64,000 nt of DNA from assembly GCF_009914755.1 (NCBI RefSeq), contig NC_060935.1. One strand, given 5' to 3'. Within the stretch, counting starts at the first letter, position 1, and each line of letters begins with the position of its first letter. The notes below the pieces were generated by a model, which had not been told where the DNA came from, did not search any database, and saw only the letters and a program-made list of their open reading frames with translations. Positions 15,081-28,189 of this stretch are shown here, piece after piece. Position numbers and translations under genes: made by a program. The DNA comes from the human T2T-CHM13v2.0 reference genome, Homo sapiens.

Positions 15081-16656
15081 GAGCCCAAACTGGGAGTCAG
15101 AACTGGTGGAACAGTCACCCTCTTGGACTCTATTTATATGACCTGATATGCATGACAGTATGTACTGTCATGGATAATATATAGTACTATAATTGCTTAA
15201 ATTATAAGCAATTATAATTTAATTGGGATGGAAGACTGAGAGAAGAGGGAGATAGGATATTTTTGGGGGGTGTATATTTTCTGCCAAGCCCCTTGAAATG
15301 TTTGTGAGTCCTGATGGAGAGGTGAGTTAAAGATGTTGTGAGACTCTGGGCTCAAGCAGAAAGGGAACAGCCATTTCTGGGTGTGTGGATGCTCCCTTAT
15401 GCAGATGTGACAACAGAGGACATTGACAAGGGAGAACCAGGGCAAGCTGGAGGGTGGGGCCAAGTGTTGGTTAAAACTGATGGATTGGTTCATAATTCTA
15501 TGCCAAATATTCCTTGGGAACTTCAAGAAGTATTTGAGAGATGGCGAACTGGAGTCAGGACTAGATTGCAGCTCTAACTTGGATGGACGGAGCAGTGTGA
15601 GGAGGCTTGCATCATGAATTTTTGCTCCAGAATGACTGCAGGAATAAATCAGGAAATCTGAGAGGTCCCACAGACCCCCTAAAGGAAGCGGGTTGCTCTT
15701 GCAGGACCTGGGAGACACCTCAAATATTGTACTGGTATCTACAGCTGAGAGACCCACAGATGGTTCATGTCACAGGACTCCATGCAGACAACCCCCAATA
15801 ACATCAAGGGTTAGACCCAGAAGAGAGATAACAATCATTACAGCTCAGCTCCCAGGAAGCCACATCCATAAAAAAAGGGGGGAGAATACTACATCAAGGG
15901 AACATATCCCATGGGACAAAAGAATCTGAACAACAGCCTTCAGCCCTAGATCTTCCCATCTGGCCTACCCAAATGAGAAGGAACCAGAAAACCAACCCTG
16001 GTAATATGACAAAACCAGGTTCTTTAACACATCCTCAAAATCACACTAGCTCACCAGCAATGGACCCAAACCAAGAAGAAACCCCAGATTTACCTGAAAA
16101 AGAATTCAGGAGGTTAGTTATTAAGCTAATCAGGGAGGCACCAGAGAAAGGTGAAGCTCAATGTAAGGAAATCCAAAAAATCATACAAGAAGTGAAGGTA
16201 GAAATATTCAAGGAAATAGATAACATAAATAATTAATCAAAACTTCAGGAAAGAATGGACACACTTAAGAAATGCAAAACCCTCTGGAAAGTTGCAACAA
16301 CATAATTGAAAAAGTAGAAGAAAGAAATTCAGAGCTGGAATTCAAGGTCTTCAAATTAACCCAATCCAACAAAGACAAAGGAAAAGGAATAAGAAAATAT
16401 GAACAAAGCCTATAAGAAGTCTGGGATTATGTTAAACAACCAAACCTAAGAATAATCAGATTATGTTAAACAACCAAACCTAAAAGAAATCTAAAAGTTT
16501 GGAAAACATTTTGGAGAATAATTGAGGAAAACTTCCCTGGCCTTGCTAGAGACCTAGACATCCAAACACAAGAAGCACAAAGAACACCTGGAAAATTCAT
16601 AGCAAAAAGAGCATCGCCTAGGCACATTGTCATCAGGTTATCTGAAGTTAAGAATC

Positions 16657-16952
16657 TTTTTTCTTTTTTTTTTTTTTTTTTGAGACGAAGTCTCACTCTT
16701 TCGCCTAAGCTAGAGTGCAATGGCATGATCTCAGCTCACTACAACCTCTGCCTCCCAGGTTCAAGTGATTCTCCTGCCTGAGTAGCTGGGACTAAAGGCA
16801 TGTACCACCATGCCCAGCTAATTTTTATATTTTTAGTAGAGATGGGGTTTCACCATGTTGGCCAGGCTGGTCTCGAACTCCTGACCTCTTGATCCACCTA
16901 CCTCGGCCTCCCAAAGTGCTGGGATTACAGGCATGAGCCACCGCACCTGGCC
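16657..16952 (-). mobile_element. AluS inserted in L1PB ORF1
   Basis: Antisense Alu with a small internal deletion near 16780. Confidence 0.93.
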
Positions 16953-18295
16953 TGAAAGAAAAAATCTTAAGAGCTGTGAGACAAAAGCAACAGGTAACCT
17001 ATAAAGGAAAACCTATCAGATTAACAGCAGATTTCTCAGCACAAACCCTACAGGCTAGAAGGAATTGGGGCCCTATCTTAAGCCTCCTCAAACAAAACAA
17101 CTATCAGCCAAGAATTTTGTATCCAGTGAAACTAAGCTTCATATATGAAGGAAAGAGACAGTCTTTTTCAGACAAACACTGGGAGAATTTGCCCCTATCA
17201 AGCCACTACTACAACTGGTAAAAGGAGCTCTAAATCTTGAAATAAATCCGGAAAATATATCAAAACAGAACCTCTTTAAAGCATAAATCTCACAGGACCT
17301 ATAAAACAAAAATACAACTTAAAAAACAGAAACAAAAAAACAAGTATATAGGCAATAAATAGCATGATGAATGGAGTGGTACCTCACATCTCAATACTAA
17401 CATCAAATGTAAATGGCCTAAATGCTCCACTTATAAGATACAGAATTGTGGAATGGATAAAAATTCACCAACCAACTATCTGCTGCCTTCAAGAGACTCA
17501 CCTAACATATAAGGACTCATGCAAACCCAAGGTAAAGGGTATAAAAAGACATTTCATGCAAATAGACACCAAAAGCAAGCAGGAGTGGCTATTCTTATAT
17601 CAGACAAAACAAACTTTAAAGCAGCAGCAGTTAAAAGGCAAAGAGGGACATTATATAATGATAAAAGGCCTTGTCCAACAGGAAAATATCACAATCCTAA
17701 ACATATATGCACCTAACACTGGAGCTCCCAAATTTATCAAACAATTACTAATAGACCTAAGAAATGAGATAGACAGCAATACAATAATAGTAGGGGGCTT
17801 CAATACTCTACTGACAGCACTAGATAGGTCATCAAGACAGAATATCAACAAAGAAACAATGGATTTAAACTATATGCTGGAACAAATGAACTTAACAGGT
17901 ATATACAGAATATCCCATCCAACAACTGCAGAATATACATTCTATTTAACAGCACATGGAAATTCTCCAAGATTGACCATATGGTAGGCCACAAAATGAG
18001 CCTCAATAAATTTATGAAAATCAAAATTATATCAAGCACTCTCTCAGACCACAGTGGAATAAACCTGGAAGTCAACTCCAAAAGCAACCTCCAAAAGCAT
18101 GCAAATAAATGGAAATTAAATAACCTGCTCCTGAATGAGTATTGGGTCACAAACAAAATCAAGATGAAAATTTAACAATTCTTTGAACTGAACAACAATA
18201 GTGACACAACCTATCAAAACCTCCAAGACACAGCAAAGGCAGCGCTAAGAGAAAAGTTCATAGCCCTAAACACCTACATCAAAAAGTCTGAAAGA

Positions 18296-18638
<343 letters not shown>

Positions 18639-21600
18639 TCAAAGAACTAGAGAAACAAGAACAAACCAAACCCAAACCCAGCAGAAGAAAGGAAATAACC
18701 AAGATCAGAGCAGAACTAAATGAAATAGAAACAAAACACATACAAAAGATAAATGAGACAAAAAGCTGGTTCTTTGAAAAGATAAGTAAAATTGATAAAC
18801 CATTAGCAAGATTAACCAAGAAAAGAAGAGAGAAAATCCAAATAAGCTCAATAAGAAAAGTAAAAGGTGATATTACAACTGATACCACCGAAATACAAAA
18901 GATTATTCAAGGCTACCATGAACACCTTTACGCTCATAAACCAGAAAACCTAGAAGACATGGATAAATTCTTGGAAAGATATTTCCAGGATTCTCCTCCT
19001 CCTAGCTTAAACCAGGAAGAATTAGATACTCTGAACTGACCAACAACAAGCAGTGATATTGAAATGGTAATTAAAAAATTATCAACAAAAAAAGCCCAGG
19101 ACCATACAGATTCACAGCAGAATTCTACCAGACATTCAAAGAAGAATTGGTACCAATCCTATTGACACTATTTCACAAGATAGAGAAAGAATGAACCCTC
19201 CCTAAATCATTCTATGAAGCCAATATCACCCTAATACCAAAACCAGGAAAGGACATAACCACAAAAGAAAACTACAGACCAATATCCTTGGTGAACATAG
19301 ATGCTAAAATCCTTAATAAAATACTAGCTAACTGAATCCAACAACATACCAAAAAGATAATTCACCATGATCAAGTAGGTTTCATACCAGGGATGGTGGG
19401 ATGGTTTAACATACATAAGGCAATAAATGTGATATACCACATAAACAGAATTAAAAACAAAAATCACATGACATCTCAATAGATACAGAAAAAGCATTCC
19501 ACAAAATACAGCATCACTTTGTGATTAAAACTATCAGCAAAATTGGCATACAAGGGACATATCTCAATATAATAAAAGCCATCTATGACAAACCCACGGC
19601 CAACATAATACTGAATGGGGAAAAGTTGAAAGCATTCCCTCTGAGACTTGGACCAAGACAAGGATGCCCACTGTCACCACTCCTCAACATAGTACTGGAA
19701 ATTCTAGCCAGAGCAATCAGATAAAAGAAAGAAATACAGGGCATCCAAATCGGTAAAGAGGAAGTCAAACTGTTGCTGTTTGCTGATGATATGGTCGTTT
19801 ACCGAGAAAACCCTAAAGACTCCTCCAGAAAGCTCCTAGAACTGATAAATTAATTCAGCAAAGTTTCCCAATAATATATTATCTGGAAAAATACAAATTA
19901 ATAATACAAATGGTGTACAAACTAATGTACGCAAACCAGTAGCTCTTCTATAGACCAACAGTGACCCAGCTGAGAATCAAATCAAGAACTCAACCCCTTT
20001 ACAATCGCTGCAAAAAAATAAAATACTTAGGAATATACCTAACCAATGAGGTGAAAGACCTCTACAAGGAAAACTACAAAACACTGCTGAAAGAAATCAT
20101 AGATGACACAAACAAATAGAAACACATCCCATGCTCATGAATGGGTAGAATCAATATTGTGAAAATGACCAGACTGTCAAAAGCAATCTACAAATTCAAC
20201 ATAATTCCCATCAAAATACCACCATCATTCTTCACAGAATTAGAAAAAAAATCCTAAAATTCATATGGAACCAAAGAAAAGCCCGCATAGCCAAAGCAAG
20301 ACTAAGCAAAAAGCACAAATCCGGAGGCATCACATTACTGATTTCAAACTATACTATAAGGCCATAGTCACCAAAACAACATGGTACTGGTATAAAAATA
20401 AGCACATAGACCAATGGAACAGAATAGAGAAACCCAGAAATAAACCCAAATACTTACAGCCAACTGATCTTAGACAAAGCAAACAAAAACATAAAGTTGG
20501 GGAAGAACACCCTTTTCAACAAACGGCGCTGGGATAATTGGTTAGCCACATGTAGGAGAATGAAACGGGATCCTCATCTCTCACCTTATACAAAAATCAA
20601 TTCAAGATGGATTAAAGACTTAAATCTAAGACCTGAAACTGTAAAAATTCTAGAAAATAACATTGGAAAAGCCCTTCTAGACATTGACTTAGGCAAGGAT
20701 TTCATGACCAAGAACCCAAAAGCAAATGTAATAAAAACAAAGATAAATTGCTGGGACTTAATTAAACTAAAGAGCTTTTTCACAGCAAAAGGAACAGTCA
20801 GCAGAGTAAACAGATGACCCAAAGAGTGGGAGAAAATCTTCACAATCTATACATCCGACAAAGGACTAATATCCAGAATCTACAACGAACTCAAATCAGT
20901 AAGAAAAAAACAATTCCATCAAAAAGTGGGCTAAGGACATGAATAGACAATTCTCAAAAGAAGATATACAAATGGCCAACAAACATGAAAAAGTGCTCAA
21001 CATCACTAATGATCAGGGAAATGCAAATCAAAACCACAATGTGATACCACCTTACTCCTGCAAGAATGGCCATAATAAAAAAAAAATTTAAAAAAACGGT
21101 AGATATTGGCATGGATGCAGTGAACAGGAAACACTTCTACACTGCTGGTGGGAATGTAAACTAGTACAGCCACTATGGAAAACAGTGTGGAGATTCCTTA
21201 AAGAACTAGAAGTAGAACTACCATTTGTCCAGCAATCCCACTACTGGTTATTTACTCAGAGGAAAAGAAGTCATTTTACGAAAAAGATACTTGCACATGC
21301 ATGTTTATAGCAACACAATTCACAACTGAAAAAACGTGGAACCAGCCCATCAATCAACAAGCAGATAAAGAAACTGTGGTATATATATATACACCATGTA
21401 ATACTACTTAGCCATAAAAAGGAATGAATTAATGGCATTTGCAGAGACCTGGATCAGATTGGAGACTATTATTCTAAGTGAAGTAAATCAGGAATGGAAA
21501 ACCAAACATTGTATGTTCTCACTCATAAGTGGGAGCTAAGCTATGAGGATGCAAAGGCATAAAAATGACACAATAGACTTTGGGGACTCAGGGGGAAAGG

Positions 21601-21986
21601 GTAGGAAGGGGGTGAGGGATAAAAGACTACAAATAGGAGGCAGTGTATACTGCTTGGGTGATGGGTGCACCAAAATCTCACAAATCACCACTAAAGAACT
21701 TACTCATGTAACCAAACACCACCTGCTCCCCAATAACCTATGGAAATAAAAAATGTTTTAAAAAAGAAGTATTTGAGAGACACATTGCTGGGAATTAAAT
21801 GGTTCTGAGGGGGTTATTTGAATTAATGGACTCCTGTTTATATTCATAGGCTGATGAGGACTGGGGACATTGAGTTTGTTATTTTCAGTCTTTCCACAAC
21901 TGCACCGCAAACTTTGAGGACTGGAACTATTCTTATACTTTTGTTGTTGTTGCTACCTGGAGCAGTGTCTGCACCTTGCAGATGTT

Positions 21987-22045
21987 GGATGGATGGATGG
22001 ATGGATGGATGGATGCATGGATGGATACATGGATGGATGGATAGA
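21987..22045. repeat. (GGAT)n microsatellite
   Basis: Direct reading; lies at the end of an L2-like fragment. Confidence 0.9.
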
Positions 22046-22594
22046 CAGATAAAAAGGCTATTCTGTTGATTCCTTGCCTTGCCTTGCATCCAAGGGATCT
22101 GGGGAGGCCACAGAGCACTGCATGGGTCAGTCCCAACAGCAATTAGTCTCTCTTGTTTCTTTATGCATGATAATAGCCCTCTGAAAGTGATTTGGCCCTC
22201 ACCCAGGAAGGTGCAAAGAAAAATAACCACTGGTGGGTGGGTGCAGCCTCCCGGGCCTGTGGGTACAAGATATTCAAAGAACACTTTAGAAAGAACACAT
22301 TCCATGAAAAGTAAAGCTGCTCAAAAGTACATGTCTATTGATATGTTCAATTTTCCTGATAATTCTGATATCTCAAGCATTGGCAGTCTAGATGAAAATG
22401 AGAAAGATGAAGAACTTTAGGAAGGCTTTCATCCTCCTTTACACAGCACAGCTATATATGCTGATGAAGAATTATTCTCCTGACATTGTGGATTATCTAT
22501 CTCTTCAAATCCCCCAGGAAACGAAGCAAAAAGAAGTTCAGACACTTCTGAAAATAAAGCAAGTGAAAACAAATCTGCAAAAATTAGTGCAAAA

Positions 22595-22999
<405 letters not shown>

Positions 23000-24324
23000 C
23001 TAAATCAGCAGACAAAATGGGTACACAATGACACGAGGCTATTCCTCCAACTACAGCATCTTCAGAACTTTCAGAGAAACCAGCTGAGTTGATCACTTCT
23101 AAAAAGATAGGACCTCTTAGTGCCCAGCCCTCTGTTGATAAAGAGACCTTGGCAACAGAAATTTAATTGAAAACTCAGAAAAAAGGAAAGATGTCTTATG
23201 ACAAAAGGAAGAAATCAAGAAGTAAAGCCATTGACTCAGATACTTCCAACATTGTGCATATTTGGTGTCTATAAGAAAACCAGTAACATCATGGAGTTGA
23301 ATATTGTTTTGCCCACAGTTGAGAAAATCCTCCTAGAGTATAAACAAAGAATAGAATCTAAAATTTGTAAGAAAGCCATCAACACATTTTATTTTAACAT
23401 TAAAAAGAACCCATCAAAAAGTTTAAAGAAGTCCAGATGTTGAAAAACTTGAAAAGGAAGAATGCTAAGATGATTTCAGATATTGAAAAGAAAAGGCAAC
23501 GTTTGATTGAAGTTTAGGATGAACTGCTTCCATTAGAGCCACAGCTGAAACAACTACAAACAAAATGTGATAAACTTAAGGAGAGAAAGTATTCCCTTAG
23601 GAATGCAGCATATTTCTTATCTAATTTAAAATGGCTTTATCAAGATTATCAGATGTTCAGGAGAAAGAAGCAAACATAAAGGAAACGTATAATTCAACCA
23701 GCCTTCCAGCTCTGTTATCTTAACAATTTTGGGAGCTGAAAATCACCTGCAAAATATCAACCATCAATTAGAGAAGCTCCTTGACCAGAAAGAAGAAGCG
23801 CAGCCTACTAAAATGTGCCTATAGAAATGTTAGTTTCATGCTACTGTTACCTTCTGAAACTATACTTTTATAAATAATTTTTTTTGCAAAGAAGTATGGC
23901 CTAGTTATCAGAACCTAATATTTGTCATTCAAATTAAATGACTGTGAACAATGTTAAATGGCATCCGTTTTTCAAATAGTTTTAAAGGCCATGATCATCT
24001 TTTCTGGCTAATATCTTGAGTAATAAATTTTAAACTGTTGACATCATATCTTAATCAGCCCCAGATACAAGAGTTTTAATAAACATAAAATTATCTTGAT
24101 GTGAACATAAACTAATTTTGATTAAGGAGATTTCTACTGAATTTAAGTACACCAAAGCTAATTTTCGGTAAAACTGGTTTATAGAAGTAAAAAACAAAAA
24201 TTGGAAAACAAAGTGATAAAACTTAGTTTATGTAAACAGGTTTAATGACAATATATTTGTTATCAAATCTCACAGACATCAGGCAAATTATAGCCTGGTG
24301 ACATAAGTGTCCATAGTGAATTAG

Positions 24325-24562
24325 GTACTTGTATAGTACTTCCGTGATTAGTTTATCAGGAATTTCATCCATTTCACTGTTATAACTGAGAAGACTGTTC
24401 TCTGCAGCTTCAGCTAATTCGACATCTTCAGTAGCTTCTAAAATATAAGCATCTTCAATGCCATTATCCCAGTCAGTGTCAGCAGAAGCATCTGTTGACA
24501 CCTTACTAGTTGATGGTTTATGAGGATTCTGGGTTTCATTGCTCTTAATTTCATCTGCTTCA
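24325..24562 (-). pseudogene. PRIMPOL: PRIMPOL last-exon (C-terminal RPA-binding domain) copy, antisense within the CENPU retrocopy
   Basis: ORF track 24223-24711(-) gives EADEIKSNETQNPHKPS...WDNGIEDAYILEATEDVELAEAAENSLLSYNSEMDEIPDKLITEVL, matching the PrimPol C-terminus (..WDNGIDDAYFLEATEDAELAEAAENSLLSYNSEVDEIPDELIIEVLQE). Confidence 0.92.
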
Positions 24563-24838
24563 ACCCCCTCATCATTCATGTCCAAATGCCCATACCTTTT
24601 CCCAAATGGGCCATGTGTATTTTGCACTTGCTTATTCCTCTTCCGGTAACCTCCTCTACTCTTCTCAACCAAGTGAAGATGTCCTTCATAAAACTCCAGC
24701 TCAAGTGTCACATCTCAGGGAGTTCCTCCTGTTCCCACAGCCTCCCAAGGGCTCCCACAGTGGCCATCTTCCCTCTGATCTAGCTGCGATCTCCTCTATT
24801 GGATGGGTTGTTTGGGGGTCAATTTCCTTTGTTACACT

Positions 24839-25287
24839 TGTCAAAAGACAACATTACCACAAATGTATAGATCTAATTGGCTTTTATTCGTGATTGAATT
24901 GGGGCAGCCTCCATTCAACAAGATAGAATAAGAGTTCCCACTGGGCAATGGCAGAAGAGTGGGTTTTGTGAGGTGGGGATGAAGAAACAGAATCAAAGAG
25001 GAGAAAAGCTGATCGGTTTACATCAGGTTACTTCAGGCTACCTTTTTGTAAGGATTAAAGCAGAGGGGACTTTCTTATTTTGCTGATTTGGGTAGATTGG
25101 AATCTCCTGTTTTCAGGAAAAAAAAAAAAAAAAGAAAGGTCTGTTTTGGGAGCTGTTGCTTCCTTAAAGTTTCAGTTTTATTATGTGGCATTTACTACGA
25201 GTGACTCCACTTTGATTTGGTCTGGTCTGTTGGGCCTAGTGCAGGAGCTCAGTCCAAAACAACAGCCTGGATCATTTTTGTTTAACA
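24839..25287 (-). mobile_element. ERV1 solo LTR (MER101/MER72-like)
   Basis: TG...CA ends and perfect 4-bp TSD CACT (24835-24838, 25288-25291). Minus strand reads TTTGGACTGAGCTCCTGCACTAGGCCCAACAGACCAGACC. Confidence 0.8.
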
Positions 25288-25939
25288 CACTGCAGCTCCT
25301 GAAGAGCTGGACCGTGCCTTACAAGTCTTTTTGTATTCCGCACAGTGTCTAGCAGCAAAAAGTGCTTCACCCGGGAGTCCTCAGGGAACTAACTTGTTTT
25401 CCTGAACAAGGTGGGACTGCACTTCAGGGGACCTAGCGGGACCCCAGCGTGGCTTTCACTGCCACGTGGCGGCAGACCCATTGTGCAGGTTTTCATGCAA
25501 ATGAAAAAGCTGCTGGGCCCCAGGCTAGCCAGCCAGAGCAGCTGAGCTAAGGTCCAGTTACCGCCAGGAGCCAGGATGTTACAGTGGCCACCATGATTAT
25601 TAGTACTGGGACAACCGCTGTCTATGCAACTATTTACACTTTAAAGAGCTTTGATTTCCCTCAAACCACCCTCAATCTTGTGAAGTCAGTGGAACAGCAA
25701 TTATTATTCTTATTTTACAGATGGGTAAACGGGTGAATAATACCAGTAACAACATCATCTACCACCACAAAAATAACAACAACCTCTCCTCCTCTTCTTC
25801 CACCTCCAGTCTCTCCCTTATCCTAACGATTGCATGCTTAATGTGTGCCAGGCAGCAGGCTAAGGGATTTACAAATATCGTATAACAGACTTTTGAGTTT
25901 TTTCCAGGCCTTAAAGCCAAGTGCCCATACATTTCAAGG

Positions 25940-26250
25940 CAGTGCCTATAGAAATATAATGTAAGCCATGTATGTAGTTTAAAATTTTCTAGTAGCCACA
26001 TCTTATTTTAAAAAGAGATGAAATCAATTTTGAGATATTTTGTTATTCCAATATGTCAAAGATATTATTTCAACAACTAATGAATATAAAAAATATTAAT
26101 AAGATATTTTACATTATTTTATTTATACAAAGTCTTTGAAAGCTGTTGTGTCTGTTACACTTAGTACAATCCCAGTTTGGATCAGCCATACTTCGAAAGC
26201 TCATTAGCCATATTTATGTAGCCAGTGGCTGCCATATTGGATGGTACAGT
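25940..26250. mobile_element. MER33 hAT-Charlie
   Basis: TAGAAATATAATGTAAGCCA...TTTCTAGTAGCCACAT...AGTGGCTGCCATATTGGA. Confidence 0.75.
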
Positions 26251-27334
26251 TCTAAAGAAAGGAATTTGGCCATCTAGGCAGGCCTTGCCAACTGGAAATC
26301 TCCAACATGATTATGAGCCTTATCCCACCATTCTGACCATTTGTGAGAGAAAGTAGGGGCTGGAGAAAGAGAGCTGGGGAGTGAGGATTTCTTTGAGAAG
26401 AGTTGTTGGAGTGCTGTGTGATTTCCTTCCCCTGCCCATAGAGGAGAGGAGGGTAGTGCCCTTCCTCCGATTTCAGACAAGTAAGGGAGGCTTCATGAGT
26501 TTATACAGTACAGAAGCTGATGCCTGACTCATGCCTGGAGAATCCAAGAGGTGAACCTGGCTGGAGATGACTCTGATGTCAGAATAAGGAGAGAGGACTA
26601 CAGAGTGAATTAGGTGGATTGTGCTGATAGCCGGGCAAGGGCCATGCCCTCCATGGGACAGTAATCAGCTTGAGGGATCCAACCCAGGGACCTCATGCCA
26701 CTACAGAGAAGCTTCCTGGAACGTATCAAAGGATCAGGGGCTTCAGGATGGGAGCAGTTGCATCACTCACAGCTGTGGATGGTATAGTAAGGGAGCCCCG
26801 GGTAGTGGGTCTCTGAGAAACCCACGAAAAGTATTCCATGAAAGAAAGAGCTAGTACTTTGGCATATGCTACCTACAGGGATCTAAAGCTGGATTACAAT
26901 ATTATGTATGGAAGGCCTTGCTCTTTTCTTCAAATCTTGTTTCTCCCTGCATGTGACCCAAGAGAAGGCCTAAAATCACAGTTTGAGCAAGGGGAAAGCA
27001 ATGGAGCAAGGAAGGGACAACACTGACCACGGCCCTCCTTTCCTTCTGTGGCTTCTCCAGTAGTGCAGATGTTATATGAGGGCTGGGGCAGGCAAGCACT
27101 GAAATTCCTAGAGAAGGATCCGAGACTATGTGGCCTCAGCTGGGCCTTACCCTGTTGTTTGACAAGGCTTTCATTTACTTTGGTGACAATCATTTATCTC
27201 ATGAACATTTACTGAGCACTCAACAATGGTAGCTGCTGTTGTTACTATTCTAGCCTTTATTTGGGTTAAAATGTATTTTAATAAATTTTAATGGCACTAT
27301 GAGGTTAATATTGGAAGAGGTATAATACAGGTAG

Positions 27335-27890
27335 ATTAATTAGACATCTCTGTTGTGAACAAAAGAAATCTAACTCAAGCTAGCAAAAGTGAAAAAGTTA
27401 ATAGAGTGGCTCATATAACTGAGAAATTTAGAGGGGATTAACATCAGTAAGTTTGATCCAGGAACTCAGACAATATTATTAGAATTATTTTTCTTCAATA
27501 GATATTTTTTTCCTTACTTCTCTTCGTGTGAGGATCATGAACTCTCTTATCATAAATGGCTTCTCCTGCTGAGCTGGGGAAGATGGCTGTCCATTGCTCC
27601 AGACTTGCATCTTTCCAATACTGTAACCCATGGGCAAGATAACACATTTCTGGCTAGTGGCTGCAGGAATGTTGGCCTGACTCATTCCAGTGTCCACCCT
27701 TTGGAGTTGGGGATCAGAAGAAGATGCGGTATGGCAATTGACCACATCTGAAACACAAGGATTGGGGGTAAGTTCCCTGGAAAATATGAAGGTGCTATTG
27801 CCAGAGGTGAGATGGAGGTGCAGGCTGAAGTAGTGAAACTCCATTGTCCACCACCTACTCCAGGGAATGAATGCAATGTGCCATTGGATC
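27335..27890 (-). mobile_element. MLT1-type MaLR LTR (old)
   Basis: AGAAATCTAACTCAAGCTAGC...TGGCTCATATAACTGAGAAA motif. Confidence 0.5.
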
Positions 27891-28189
27891 ACAAATGAGG
27901 CTGTGACCAATATTGCTTTCTTATTTAGCACCTTTTAGTTATAGTACAATAATAAAAACAATAATAAATTTTATTTTTGATTTCTATAAGTCGGTACTTT
28001 ACTTTCTATAGCAGCTTTATATCACATCAATGGCATGTGCTTTGTTCAATCAGATATGTGTATCTGGCATGAATTTCTTCACTTTTTCCTCAAGGAATTC
28101 CTGACATTCCTTGTCAAATACCTCACTTGCGTCCAGATACATTTAGAATATTTGATTTCCATAACAGTCTTCAGCTGGAAATTTTCTAT

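Noticed and set aside
15212-15757. 181-aa minus-strand ORF spanning the L1PB 5' junction
   Set aside because: No recognisable domain; it crosses a TE boundary. Most likely a chance ORF.
17364-17987. 207-aa APE-like endonuclease ORF
   Set aside because: Frameshifted remnant of L1PB ORF2.
22079-22420. 113-aa ORF containing the CENP-U N-terminus as a functional retrogene
   Set aside because: Non-ATG start in flanking DNA, no parental ATG visible, and the stop falls before the PLK1-docking PPLHSTA motif.
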